DNA from: Chloroflexota bacterium
Lineage (GTDB): Bacteria; Chloroflexota; Dehalococcoidia; UBA2979
NCBI GenBank assembly: GCA_002707835.1
Contig: PANZ01000012.1
Location: 55,340 to 98,690 of the forward strand
Direction of reading: 5' to 3'
Length of the DNA: 43,351 nucleotides
In this document: positions 9,901 to 19,916 of the stretch, in pieces
Numbering within the stretch: the stretch's first letter is position 1
Layout of the letters: the number at the start of each line of letters is the position of its first letter
The notes under the pieces: model-generated
The model's database searches: none
Told to the model about the DNA's origin: nothing
What the model saw: the letters and a program-made list of their open reading frames with translations, nothing else
Made by a program: the position numbers and the translations under genes

Positions 9901-10992
9901 TTAATTACCTAATCGAGATAAAACTTCATCGGCAATTTCAATAGTATTCAATGCATTACTTTCAGAAGTCAAATCAGCAGTTCTCAGTCCATCTTCGATT
10001 ACTTGACTAACCGCCTCTTCAATAGCTACTGCCTCTTCTTCAAGTCCACACGAGTGACGTAACATCATTGCAGTACATAAAATCATTGCTAGTGGATTGG
10101 CAATATCTTTACCAGCGATATCAGGCGCAGAACCATGTATAGGTTCATACATGCCAAAGGCAGTTCCAACTTCTCCAGGTGTAGATAAAGATGCTGAAGC
10201 GAGCATTCCCATAGATCCAATCAACATGGAAGCTTCATCTGTAATTATGTCACCAAACATATTGCCCGCAATAACCACATCAAAGTCACTAGGCCGCTTA
10301 ATCAAGTGCATAGTCATAGCGTCAACTAACACATCTTCATATTCAACTTCAGGAAATTCTTTTTGTACTTCATGCACAATTTCTCTCCATAGTCGAGATG
10401 ATTCCAATACATTAGCTTTATCAACATTGGTTAATTTATTACGTCTTTGCTGTGCAAGTTTGAATCCGAGTCTTGCAACTCTCTCAACTTCATCTTCACG
10501 GTAATAAATTGTATCAACAGCAGCGCGGAGATTATTTTCATTTCTTCTTTCTTTTGGTTCACCAAAATACGCACCACTAGTTAGCTCTCTTATAACCATA
10601 ATATCGGTACCTTCAAGAATTTCTTGTTTTATAGATGAAGAATCTAACAACGCAGGAATTGCTTTCACTGGACGTAAATTAGCCCACAATTGCAACTCCG
10701 ACCTTAATGCAAGCAAACCTTGTTCAGGACGAACAGGCGCTGTCGGATCATCCCACTTTGGTCCACCTACGGCTCCAAACAAAATTGCATCAAAATCTCG
10801 AGCATCTTGGAGAGTCTGTTCACGTATCGCAACACCAAATTTGTCTATACAGTCTCCGCCGACAGTATCATGTTTAAGGCGGAAGACATGTTCATATTGT
10901 TGTCCGATTAACTCTAAAGTCCTAACACCTTCTTTAGTAACTTCCGGACCTATTCCATCACCAGGTAACACGAGAATATCAAAACTAGCCAT
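9901..10992 (-). CDS. leuB: 3-isopropylmalate dehydrogenase
   Basis: PGDGIGPEV, GAVGGPKWD, VDKANVL, NMFGDI, YEPIHGSAPDIAGK. Start set at ATG 10992, behind AGGAG. Confidence 0.97.
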   Translation of the reverse strand: MASFDILVLPGDGIGPEVTKEGVRTLELIGQQYEHVFRLKHDTVGGDCIDKFGVAIREQTLQDARDFDAILFGAVGGPKWDDPTAPVRPEQGLLALRSELQLWANLRPVKAIPALLDSSSIKQEILEGTDIMVIRELTSGAYFGEPKERRNENNLRAAVDTIYYREDEVERVARLGFKLAQQRRNKLTNVDKANVLESSRLWREIVHEVQKEFPEVEYEDVLVDAMTMHLIKRPSDFDVVIAGNMFGDIITDEASMLIGSMGMLASASLSTPGEVGTAFGMYEPIHGSAPDIAGKDIANPLAMILCTAMMLRHSCGLEEEAVAIEEAVSQVIEDGLRTADLTSESNALNTIEIADEVLSRLGN

Positions 10993-11093
10993 GAAATTAA
11001 CTCCTAAAATTTTTAAACTAATGCGCAATATCATATAAATTAAAATTTTGATTTCAGGGCAAAATTTTGTAACAAGTCTATATTTTAAGCAAG

Positions 11094-11122
11094 TAAATCC
11101 TTTGCCAAAGGCAAAGGATTTA
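11094..11122 (-). terminator. Perfect 13-bp hairpin, probable intrinsic terminator of the riboswitch/Zn-ribbon transcript
   Basis: TAAATCCTTTGCC-aaa-GGCAAAGGATTTA, about 30 nt downstream of the 11151 stop; T-rich tail on the minus strand. Confidence 0.7.
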
Positions 11123-11150
11123 TACTTACCATTACATTATAAAGATAAAA

Positions 11151-11363
11151 TTATAAACGAAGTTTCCCATGTGATGGTTGACGACGACGCTGCTTACCAG
11201 CTAACAAACGTTCTTCTTCCTCAATATCTTTGGGATCACAACGTTCACTGTCATGCACATAGCCACATGCAATACAAGTACCGAATTTTCCATACCAATC
11301 ATCTTCAATTAACATGAGACCACGACATCGGGGACAATTCTTAGGTGGCGTACTCACTATCAT
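11151..11363 (-). CDS. Small Zn-ribbon protein (CPRC...CIACG) with basic C-terminal tail
   Basis: Two CxxC knuckles; AGGAG SD 7 nt upstream of ATG; lies between the riboswitch and a terminator. Confidence 0.8.
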   Translation of the reverse strand: MIVSTPPKNCPRCRGLMLIEDDWYGKFGTCIACGYVHDSERCDPKDIEEEERLLAGKQRRRQPSHGKLRL

Positions 11364-11409
11364 GCCTGCACTCCTATCTAGTGCTCCGGTAAATTACCGA
11401 ATTGGCCTG

Positions 11410-11540
11410 AAAATTGCTTACGAGGTTAGCTGACGGGTTCGGGTTGTCAGGACACCCGCTCTTCGCGAAGAGTTCACCCCAATTAATGGTTCCCCCGATC
11501 TCAATTATGAAATTCATAATTAAAGATTCAGCAGCTATAC
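11410..11540 (-). ncRNA. Cyclic di-AMP riboswitch (ydaO/yuaA class)
   Basis: Minus strand reads GCTGAATC...GATCGGGGGAACCA...TTGGGGTGAA...CCCGAACCCGTCAGCTAACCTCGTAAGC, the conserved blocks of the ydaO-yuaA aptamer in the correct order, with variable hairpins between them. Confidence 0.93.
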
Positions 11541-11682
11541 AACCTAGTGGTTGTGATTCTTTTAACAAGATCATACTTATCTCTGACAACATGTCAATAG
11601 AATACGCTAAAAATCTTAAATTTAAATATCCACATTCTTTCTTCTATACAAACAACAAAGTAAATTTCATAGGGAGAATAAA

Positions 11683-12765
11683 GTGGCTAAGTTATCAAAA
11701 GATCAATCTTTAATTGCTACAAATTGTGCAGCAATCTCACACATAGACACTGCAATTCAAGACAAAGTCAAAAAACAACAAGCGAAACTTACTAAACCAG
11801 AAGGATCGCTTGGTAGGCTTGAAGATTTAGCAGTTCATATAGCAGGCATAAAACAAAAAAAAGATCCCACACTGATACACAACCTTGTGGTCGTTGTAGC
11901 AGCAGATCATGGAGTTGCACAAAAAGGTGTATCTGCGTATCCACCAGAAGTAACAAAACAAATGATGGAAAATTTTATAAATGAAGGAGCTGCTATCAAT
12001 GTTCTAGGAAAATCAATAGGTGCACGTTTAGTACTTATTGATGCTGGAATCAACAATGGAAATTTTGAGGATGCTCCTGTTGTTTCGTTGAGTATTGGAA
12101 AAGGTACAGATGACTTTACTCGTGGACCAGCAATGACAAGAAAAAATGCTGAAAAAGCTGTGGCCTCTGGTATTACATTTTTTAACAATGAACTACAAAA
12201 TAATCAAATCGATATAGTTGCGTGTGGAGAAATGGGAATTGGAAACACAACATCCGCTGCTGCAATCACAGCTGCAATTACTGGAAAAAAAACCCAGATA
12301 GTTACAGGCAGAGGAACGGGTATAGACGATTTCACCTATAAGAAAAAATTATCTGCTATTGAGCGAGCTCTAAAAATCAACATTTTCGATCCAGAAGATG
12401 CAATCAGCTTACTTTCTGCCCTTGGTGGTTATGAAATTGCAGTAATGGCAGGTATCTATATAGGTGCAGCTAGAAATAGAGTCCCAATAATAATTGATGG
12501 AGTAATTTCATCAGTTGCTGCTCTAATTGCAGTTATCTTAGAACCTAAAATTAGTGAATACTTAATATCTTCCCATCTATCACCAGAGCCAGCACATCAA
12601 ATTATCCTCGACCATATGAATCTAATTCCATTATTGGATCTAGATTTGAGATTAGGTGAAGCGACCGGTGCTGCATTGGGATTATCTTTATGCATTTCTG
12701 CATGTAAGTTACTAAACGAAATGGCTACTTTTACTGACGCGCAAGTAGCTGAAAAAATTACTTAA
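11683..12765 (+). CDS. cobT: Nicotinate-nucleotide--dimethylbenzimidazole phosphoribosyltransferase
   Basis: LTKPEGSLGRLE, AADHG, GEMGIGNTT, GRGTG, LRLGE. Confidence 0.95.
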   Translation: MAKLSKDQSLIATNCAAISHIDTAIQDKVKKQQAKLTKPEGSLGRLEDLAVHIAGIKQKKDPTLIHNLVVVVAADHGVAQKGVSAYPPEVTKQMMENFINEGAAINVLGKSIGARLVLIDAGINNGNFEDAPVVSLSIGKGTDDFTRGPAMTRKNAEKAVASGITFFNNELQNNQIDIVACGEMGIGNTTSAAAITAAITGKKTQIVTGRGTGIDDFTYKKKLSAIERALKINIFDPEDAISLLSALGGYEIAVMAGIYIGAARNRVPIIIDGVISSVAALIAVILEPKISEYLISSHLSPEPAHQIILDHMNLIPLLDLDLRLGEATGAALGLSLCISACKLLNEMATFTDAQVAEKIT

Positions 12766-12774
12766 TAGGAAAAT

Positions 12775-13320
12775 ATGGGCGATCTGATCTTCATAACTGG
12801 AGGAGTACGCAGTGGGAAAAGTACTTTTGCTGAGAAATTAGCAACTGAAGAAGATATCCCAACTGTATATCTTGCGACCTTAGAGCCTTTGGACCTTGAA
12901 ATGAAAGATCGTATTAAGCAACATCAAAAAAGACGCCCCTCGCATTGGAAAACAATCGAAACAAAATTTGATATCGCAAAAGCCTATCAATCTATTCAGA
13001 ATGACCATTGCATTTTATTTGACTGCTTATCTATGTGGGTTACAAACCAACTTTTGATCTATGAAAATGATCTCACTAGTGAAAATATTGAAAAAACATA
13101 TGAAAGTCTATTTTTAGAACTAAGTTCCATTTATTCACACACAAGGAATCGCAGTGCCAAAACAATTATTGTAAGTAATGAAGTAGGTGGAGGTATTGTT
13201 CCGACATCGAAGTTGGCCAGAGTATATAGAGATATGCTTGGCACAATTAATCAATCTGTCGCTTCACATGCCAATGATGCATGGCTACTTGTTGCTGGAA
13301 GACCGATAAAACTTCCGTGA
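12775..13320 (+). CDS. cobU: Bifunctional adenosylcobinamide kinase/adenosylcobinamide-phosphate guanylyltransferase
   Basis: GGVRSGKS P-loop, EMxxRIxxH..RP..W, DCL, VSNEVG. Confidence 0.94.
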   Translation: MGDLIFITGGVRSGKSTFAEKLATEEDIPTVYLATLEPLDLEMKDRIKQHQKRRPSHWKTIETKFDIAKAYQSIQNDHCILFDCLSMWVTNQLLIYENDLTSENIEKTYESLFLELSSIYSHTRNRSAKTIIVSNEVGGGIVPTSKLARVYRDMLGTINQSVASHANDAWLLVAGRPIKLP

Positions 13321-13328
13321 AATAGCAG

Positions 13329-14615
13329 TTACTGCCACGCAATAAAGGTAACAGGTATTACAATTTCCTTAGATCCACGCAATACAGTTATATTTACTTC
13401 ATCGCCAACATCATGCTGATCAATTTTTGCAGCAAGATCAGTAAAACCTTTAACTTCGACATTATTAAATTTTATAATAATATCTTCTGCAATTATGCCA
13501 GCTTGTAATGCAGCTCCTACAGATTCAATAACAAGTACTCCTCTAACAGGATCAGGATTTTCTTCTGTGAGTATTGAGTTTAGTGGACGCCCTGTAATAC
13601 CTAATTGAGGGTGTTTTATTTTCTCACCAATTTTCATCTCAGGAAGAAATCTTTTAACTGTGTTCGAAGGAACTGCAAAACCTAAGCCAACATTTCCTCT
13701 AATCGGTCCAGAAATAGATGTATTTACACCTATTACATTTCCTGCAAGATTAAAAAGAGGCCCTCCTGAATTTCCTGGATTAATTGGAGCATCAGTCTGA
13801 ATGACATTTAAAATTTGACGATTCGTAAAACTAGACATTGTATTTCGATCTACGGCAGAAACTATCCCAGCAGTAACACTAAAATCTTCTCCAAAAGGAT
13901 TACCAATAGCAAAAACATCGTCCCCAACTAGAACTTTTGAAGAATCAGCAAATTCAACAGGTGTCAATGTCACTAGATCTGAAGAAATTCGCAAAACGGC
14001 AAGATCATTACTTGGGTCTGTTCCGATGAGTTCTGCTGATAATCTATCACCACTTAGAGTACTTACTATGATTACATTACCACCTTCAATTACATGATAG
14101 TTCGTGATTATGTGACCATAACTATCAATCACAAATCCAGTGCCTCCGCCCCTAGCGGGTCCTCTCTCCACTTCTATTACAACAACACTAGCTTTAACGC
14201 TATCAATAACAGCATGTAGATCTGTATTAAAACCTTCTATATTTCCTAATTCGTTTTTAAGAACATTAATTGTTTCATTTGTATTTAAGTAATTTTGTTC
14301 AACTTTCGAAATCAAATCCTGTGTTTTTTCGATTGCCGACTCGAGAACATCAATATTCTCTTGCGAATGAACTGAAGAAATTTCAAAGCCTTCTAAAGAT
14401 TGCTCAGTTGTTAGTAATGAATCACTTATCTGATTTAGTGCTTTTTCTGAATTAGAAAATTCCTGTTCGATAAAATTCTGCCGAGCATCAATTTCAATCA
14501 TTGTTTGCTTGATTTCAGAAAGATCGGAACCAGAATCATTGAACAATTGAGTGGCAACAAAACCACCTAAAATAGCTGATAAAAGAATAAGTAACCCAAA
14601 TCGAAAAACATTCAT
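13329..14615 (-). CDS. HtrA/DegP-family serine protease: N-terminal membrane anchor, coiled coil, trypsin domain, PDZ
   Basis: Intact triad TNYHV / DLAVL / INPGNSGGPL; C-terminal PDZ (LGI...DII.KFN). Confidence 0.93.
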   Translation of the reverse strand: MNVFRFGLLILLSAILGGFVATQLFNDSGSDLSEIKQTMIEIDARQNFIEQEFSNSEKALNQISDSLLTTEQSLEGFEISSVHSQENIDVLESAIEKTQDLISKVEQNYLNTNETINVLKNELGNIEGFNTDLHAVIDSVKASVVVIEVERGPARGGGTGFVIDSYGHIITNYHVIEGGNVIIVSTLSGDRLSAELIGTDPSNDLAVLRISSDLVTLTPVEFADSSKVLVGDDVFAIGNPFGEDFSVTAGIVSAVDRNTMSSFTNRQILNVIQTDAPINPGNSGGPLFNLAGNVIGVNTSISGPIRGNVGLGFAVPSNTVKRFLPEMKIGEKIKHPQLGITGRPLNSILTEENPDPVRGVLVIESVGAALQAGIIAEDIIIKFNNVEVKGFTDLAAKIDQHDVGDEVNITVLRGSKEIVIPVTFIAWQ

Positions 14616-14680
14616 CAGAATTCCCCTTCAGAGTATTTTATCTCGTGAAAGGCTAATCTCTGAAAAGAAAATCCATACAA

Positions 14681-15487
14681 TTATCGCCCAGTATAATTAG
14701 GTGGTCGCTTCTCCCTAAAAGCCAAAGGCCCCTCTTTAGCGTCTTCTGTAAGCTGAGAAATAGTAAATGCGTGTTGAGCAGCGTTTAATGATTCAACGAA
14801 TGAAAGACTATCAGCTCTCTTCACCAATTGCTTCCCTAATTGAATAGCTACTGGAGGACCTTTTGCAAGCTTTTGAGCATAGTCCATTACTTCATCCATT
14901 AAATTGTCATGCGGAACTACTTTCAATAAGTATCCCATTTCAAGTGCTTCTTCAGCACCAAAAATTTCACCACTCCAAATTAGATCCAAGGCTTTTTGTT
15001 TTCCAACAATTCGAGGCAATAACCAAGCTCCACCATCACCTGGGACTAGGGCAACATTTATATACGACATACCAAATCTGGCTTTATCGGAAGATATACG
15101 AATATCAGCCATCGAAGCCATATCCATACCAGCACCTACAGCTGCACCATTAATTGCAGCAATATATGGTTTATCTAATTGTTCTAAAGCATGTGGAACT
15201 CGATAAACGCTATAGCGAAGTGAATTACGTCTCTCAGCAGGACCTGCTTCTTGCATTAAAACTGTGTCTTGATCTCCTGTTGCTCTTAAGTCAGCTCCTG
15301 CGCAGAAAGCCCTTCCTGCACCAGTGACTACAACAACTCTTACAGAATCATCCTCTTGGCAACGTACAATAGCATCTGCCCACTCGCTTAATAATGCATC
15401 ACTGAAAGTATTCATACGTTCTGGACGATTTAAGGTAATTACAGCAATACCATCATTGACATCGAAAAGAATAGCTTCATAGTCCAT
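14681..15487 (-). CDS. Enoyl-CoA hydratase/isomerase (crotonase) family protein
   Basis: ITLNRPE, GRAFCAGADL, IAAINGAAVGAG, AFREKRPP. Confidence 0.93.
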   Translation of the reverse strand: MDYEAILFDVNDGIAVITLNRPERMNTFSDALLSEWADAIVRCQEDDSVRVVVVTGAGRAFCAGADLRATGDQDTVLMQEAGPAERRNSLRYSVYRVPHALEQLDKPYIAAINGAAVGAGMDMASMADIRISSDKARFGMSYINVALVPGDGGAWLLPRIVGKQKALDLIWSGEIFGAEEALEMGYLLKVVPHDNLMDEVMDYAQKLAKGPPVAIQLGKQLVKRADSLSFVESLNAAQHAFTISQLTEDAKEGPLAFREKRPPNYTGR

Positions 15488-15610
15488 TATGATTCCTTAG
15501 CACACTAATTTAGTATTATTTAGATTGAGAAAAGTTTACAGTTTCTGTAATTATGTTGCGAGAGACTTTTTATTATATTTTTGGTTAACTAATGCTGAAT
15601 TGGAGGAGTC

Positions 15611-16756
15611 ATGGATTTTTCATGGAATCACGACGAGAAAATCTTTAGAGAAGAAGTCCGCACTTTTTTTAAGGAATATTGGTCAGAAAGTACTGATACA
15701 CCAGAAAGATCAATTGAAAAAAATCATGCATTCGAAAAATTACTTGCTGAACATGGTTGGTTAACTATGGCATGGCCTACTGAATACGGTGGCAAAAATG
15801 CGACACATATTGAACAAATGATATTTAGAGAAGAAGCAACTCTTCATGAAGCCCCTACCGGTGGAATGGGGCCATCAATGATAGGCCCTTGTCTGATCGT
15901 TCATGGAACAGAGGAACAAAAGAAGGAACATCTGCCAGTAATTGCCAGGGGAGAATCACATTGGTGTCAGGGCTTTTCAGAACCAGGTTCTGGTTCAGAT
16001 CTTGCATCTTTACAAACGCGAGCCACCAGAGATGGTGATGACTGGGTAATTAATGGACAAAAAATTTGGACTTCTGGTGCACAACACGCAGATTGGATTC
16101 ATGTACTCACACGAACCGATCCTGAAGCACCAAAGCATCGTGGAATCAGTTATTTTATGCTAGATATGAAGACAGACGGTATCTCTGTGCGGCCTATTGA
16201 ACAGATGCATGGTGCTCGAGGTTTCAACGAAACATTTTTTGAAGAGGTACGTGTCCCTGATAAAAATATGATCGGCGATGAAAATAGAGGATGGTATGCG
16301 GCAACTACGACTTTAGACTTCGAAAGATCTGGTGCACATAGAGCGGCTGCAGTCCAAAGAGCATTCACGCGTAATCTTGATTTTCTTACTGCAAACAAAG
16401 AATATTCCACAAAAGGAAATAACAGAATTTTGATGGCAGAAACTGCTACAGAATTAGAAATCGGACGCTTATTTGGCTATCGTGTAGGTTGGATGCAATC
16501 AAAAGGACTAGTCCCGAATTATGAAGCATCGATGTCAAAAGTATATAATTCTGAATTAACACAAAGACAAGCACGTAGATTCATCAATATGCTTGGTTTG
16601 TATGGGAATCTTTCAAGTCACTCAGATTATTCGGCACTTAATGGATTAGCTACAAGAGAGTATATGAGTACTGTTTCTTCAACAATTGCTGCAGGGACAT
16701 CAGAAATTCAAAGAAATATTATTGCAACACGAGGATTAGGACTACCACGTGGATAA
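15611..16756 (+). CDS. Acyl-CoA dehydrogenase family protein
   Basis: WCQGFSEPGSGSDLASL, NGQKIWTS, FNETFF, IAAGTSEIQRNII. Confidence 0.94.
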   Translation: MDFSWNHDEKIFREEVRTFFKEYWSESTDTPERSIEKNHAFEKLLAEHGWLTMAWPTEYGGKNATHIEQMIFREEATLHEAPTGGMGPSMIGPCLIVHGTEEQKKEHLPVIARGESHWCQGFSEPGSGSDLASLQTRATRDGDDWVINGQKIWTSGAQHADWIHVLTRTDPEAPKHRGISYFMLDMKTDGISVRPIEQMHGARGFNETFFEEVRVPDKNMIGDENRGWYAATTTLDFERSGAHRAAAVQRAFTRNLDFLTANKEYSTKGNNRILMAETATELEIGRLFGYRVGWMQSKGLVPNYEASMSKVYNSELTQRQARRFINMLGLYGNLSSHSDYSALNGLATREYMSTVSSTIAAGTSEIQRNIIATRGLGLPRG

Positions 16757-16817
16757 GCAAAACAATGCAATCGTGCTTTGAAACTATTACGAGGAACAGC
16801 GGGTAACTTTGTTATAG

Positions 16818-18413
16818 ATGTTATTTACTAGATTATTTTTATTAACAATCAGCACACTATTATTATGTTCTTGTGCCAAGACCAGTGAACTAATCCCAGG
16901 TGGTGCAGTTCCTGACACTACAGTTGGTAACGTTCAAAAAACTCCCACACCTATAATCTTAACTCCTACGCCAGCGTCAGTATCAGACAGGACTCAAATT
17001 GATATAACAGAACAAGATCAATTGTTAGCGCAATCAGTTATAAAAGTACATGTCGAAAGTAAAAATTCCTCTATCACAAAAAATCGAACTGGCACCGGCG
17101 TAATAATTGATGGGGAAAAAGGATTAATTTTAACTTCGTATTCTCTGGTTAATCCCTACCAAATTAATGGCTCATTCTCTAATGATACAATTTATATTTC
17201 AACAGATCTGATTAACAATAAAAGTTCAATACCAGACTTCCAAGCTATTCTTATAGATGCTGAGGTCCAACTAGACCTAGCAATTTTAAAAATCAATCAG
17301 GACCAAAATGGAGACGAATTAGAAAATGAATTAGATTTACGGTCTGCAATTATAGGCGATTCTGAATTAGTTGAATTCAATGACCGACTTAGATTATTTG
17401 CCTACACACATCCAAAAGATGATCACGCTTTAACCATCACGCGAACAAAAATCAAAACAATTAGGAAAGAAAACATCCAGTCCAGCATTGAAAAGTGGGT
17501 TGTCAATGCTGAATTAGATTATTCAGCAACTGGAGGACCAGTATTTAATGGAGGTGGAGAATTAGTAGGAATTCTGATTCCTGAACAATACTCCTTAATT
17601 GCACCTGTTACACAGATAAGACCTCTAAGTGTAGTGAAGGAATTAATAGAAAGAACAATCCAATCTTCAAAAACAGAACACCATACAATTCCTTTATTTT
17701 CCGGAAGTACTCAAAAAGAAATTGATTTTACAGAGAATGCTTGGGTGGGTGCCCCTAAATTTTCTGATCAAGCAAGCTATACAGACAATGAGCTATATCT
17801 AACTAATTACCGCAATCACTTTTTGGAAGGTACTGAAAATATATACTTCGAGTACTGCCTACAAAACTTAGGGAAAAACATCCTCATAGAAGAGCGATGG
17901 TATCTCGATGATATTTTACAAGACTCATTATCGGCAAGTTACGTTTGGAATGGCGAAGCTTTTGCGATTATAAGTGACAAAATTGGCGTACCTTCTTCTT
18001 CGGGATTGCCTTCAGGAAATTGGAAATTGGAAATATGGGCAAATCGGATCCTACACTCCACAAATTCTCTAACCATTGGTAAATTCTCCGAAAGTCCTCG
18101 ATCAAACAATACAAAACTAGGAAGTGCACTATCAAAAAATGGAACGTTGATCCAAGGTGTTTCTGAGGATACCAAACAAATTTTGTTGCAATCTGAATTA
18201 TCTGAAATGGAAATGACGAAAAACTTTAGTTGGATCGTTACTCACAATGATAAACTAAAATATAGCTCTCCTACTTTGAATTGGACTGAAACACCAAATT
18301 CAGAATTTTGGGTAGGATATGCCCAAAAGGAAACTTTAGATAAAGGAAATTGGTCGTTGAAACTTTTTGTAGATGGATTAATACTGACTGAAGGAACAAT
18401 AGTAATCAATTAA
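16818..18413 (+). CDS. Lipoprotein with degenerate trypsin-like (S1C) domain and Trp-rich C-terminal beta domains
   Basis: Lipobox-like LLCSC; GTGVII, DLAILKI, IGDS and GGPVFN..GELVGI match the HtrA fold, but the His and Ser catalytic positions are substituted. Confidence 0.7.
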   Translation: MLFTRLFLLTISTLLLCSCAKTSELIPGGAVPDTTVGNVQKTPTPIILTPTPASVSDRTQIDITEQDQLLAQSVIKVHVESKNSSITKNRTGTGVIIDGEKGLILTSYSLVNPYQINGSFSNDTIYISTDLINNKSSIPDFQAILIDAEVQLDLAILKINQDQNGDELENELDLRSAIIGDSELVEFNDRLRLFAYTHPKDDHALTITRTKIKTIRKENIQSSIEKWVVNAELDYSATGGPVFNGGGELVGILIPEQYSLIAPVTQIRPLSVVKELIERTIQSSKTEHHTIPLFSGSTQKEIDFTENAWVGAPKFSDQASYTDNELYLTNYRNHFLEGTENIYFEYCLQNLGKNILIEERWYLDDILQDSLSASYVWNGEAFAIISDKIGVPSSSGLPSGNWKLEIWANRILHSTNSLTIGKFSESPRSNNTKLGSALSKNGTLIQGVSEDTKQILLQSELSEMEMTKNFSWIVTHNDKLKYSSPTLNWTETPNSEFWVGYAQKETLDKGNWSLKLFVDGLILTEGTIVIN

Positions 18414-18448
18414 TTGTCGATTTTTTAGAGATAGTGAAAGGGCTACCA

Positions 18449-19114
18449 ATGCATCGTATTGCAATAATTGGAGGGACTGGACCTGAAGGAAAGGGCCTCG
18501 CTACAAGATTTGCTATTGCAGGTCATAAAATTACAATTGGTAGTCGCAATGAAAAGCGTGGTGAAGATGTAGCATCTGAGCTTTCGGAAACTCTTTACAA
18601 GTCATTTACTCATAAATTAGATATTTCCGGAACAAATAATGAAGATGCGGCCAAAAAATCAGATATCGTTATCATCGCAGTCCCTTACGAAGCACATTTA
18701 GAAACTTTATCTGAATTAGCACCATATTTATCAGAGAAAATAATCATAGATGCAGTAGTACCTGTAAAATTTGAACGTGGCCCAAGACCTATTCATGTTG
18801 AAGCAGGTTCTGCAACTGAAGAAGCTGCGAAATTACTTAATGAGAGTTCTGTCATTGGTGCCTTTCACAATCTATCCGCTGAAAAGCTCTTAAAACCAGA
18901 CCTATCATTAGACTCTGATGTACTTATAACTGGTAATAATTCTGATGCAAAAAATATTGTCATCGATCTAGCAAATGAAATTAAAGGGGTTAGGGCTATC
19001 GACGCAGGACCATTAAGATATTCGCAATTTATAGAGAATTTAACAGTTCTGTTAATAGGTATAAATGGGCGGTATAAAATTGAATCAGGATTAAAAATTT
19101 CGGGTATCGATTAG
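18449..19114 (+). CDS. npdG: NADPH-dependent F420 reductase (Fno)
   Basis: IIGGTGPEGKGLA, IGSR, GAFHNLSA, GVRAIDAGPL, IENLT; adjacent to cofE. Start could alternatively be GTG 18434. Confidence 0.92.
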   Translation: MHRIAIIGGTGPEGKGLATRFAIAGHKITIGSRNEKRGEDVASELSETLYKSFTHKLDISGTNNEDAAKKSDIVIIAVPYEAHLETLSELAPYLSEKIIIDAVVPVKFERGPRPIHVEAGSATEEAAKLLNESSVIGAFHNLSAEKLLKPDLSLDSDVLITGNNSDAKNIVIDLANEIKGVRAIDAGPLRYSQFIENLTVLLIGINGRYKIESGLKISGID

Positions 19115-19126
19115 AAAGATATTAAG

Positions 19127-19885
19127 ATGGAAAAAAAAGAAATTCGAGTAATTCCAGTTGTTGGAATACCAATCATAAAATCTAATGACAACTTAGCTTT
19201 GCATATTCTGGAAGCAGCAAAAAATCAAAATTTAGAAATCACAGAAGACGATATCATAGTTATTACCCAAAGAATTGTTTCAAGGTCTGAAGGCCGTATT
19301 CGGCATTTAGACGAATTTATTCCTTCACCTTTTGCTTTACAATATGCCGAAAATCACCAAAAAGATCCTCGAGTAGTTGAAGCTGTATTAATGGAATCTA
19401 AAAGAGTCATTAGACAGGTAGGTGGCGTTTTGATTACAGAAACACACCATGGATTTAAGTGTGCTAATGCTGGAGTAGATGCTTCAAATGTCGGAAACTC
19501 AGAAATGATTTCACTCTTACCAATTAACCCCGATAAATCATGTACTATAATTCGAGAAAACTTCCTAAAGCTCAACGGATCTAATGTCGCTGTAATTATG
19601 ACAGATACATTCGGACGCCCTTGGAGACATGGGCAAACAAATGTTGCTATTGGCGTTGCAGGGATGTTGCCTTTCCGTGATTACGTTGGTGAAGTAGACA
19701 TGGATGGCAGAGAATTAGCAGTAACGACAATTTGTGTCGCCGATGAATTGGCCGGAATGGCAGAATTAGTCATGGGAAAAAGTGACGGAATTCCTGTCGC
19801 TGTAATAAAAGGATATCCTTTTCCTAAAGGTAATGGCTCTTCAAAGGAAATTGTTCGTGAAACTGCATTAGATCTTTTTCCTTAA
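19127..19885 (+). CDS. cofE: Coenzyme F420-0:L-glutamate ligase
   Basis: IVSRSEGR, CANAGVDASN, TDTFGRPWR.GQT.VAIG, ADELA..AELVMGK, DLF. Confidence 0.94.
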   Translation: MEKKEIRVIPVVGIPIIKSNDNLALHILEAAKNQNLEITEDDIIVITQRIVSRSEGRIRHLDEFIPSPFALQYAENHQKDPRVVEAVLMESKRVIRQVGGVLITETHHGFKCANAGVDASNVGNSEMISLLPINPDKSCTIIRENFLKLNGSNVAVIMTDTFGRPWRHGQTNVAIGVAGMLPFRDYVGEVDMDGRELAVTTICVADELAGMAELVMGKSDGIPVAVIKGYPFPKGNGSSKEIVRETALDLFP

Positions 19886-19916
19886 CAAAAATCTAGTATT
19901 ACTACTGAAGGCATTT

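Noticed and set aside
11410-11680. Possible cobalamin riboswitch upstream of cobT
   Set aside because: The structured element is on the opposite strand and matches ydaO/yuaA blocks; no B12-box was recognised.
11374-11713. ORFs 11374-11592 (-) and 11414-11713 (+)
   Set aside because: They are translations of the c-di-AMP riboswitch and promoter region.
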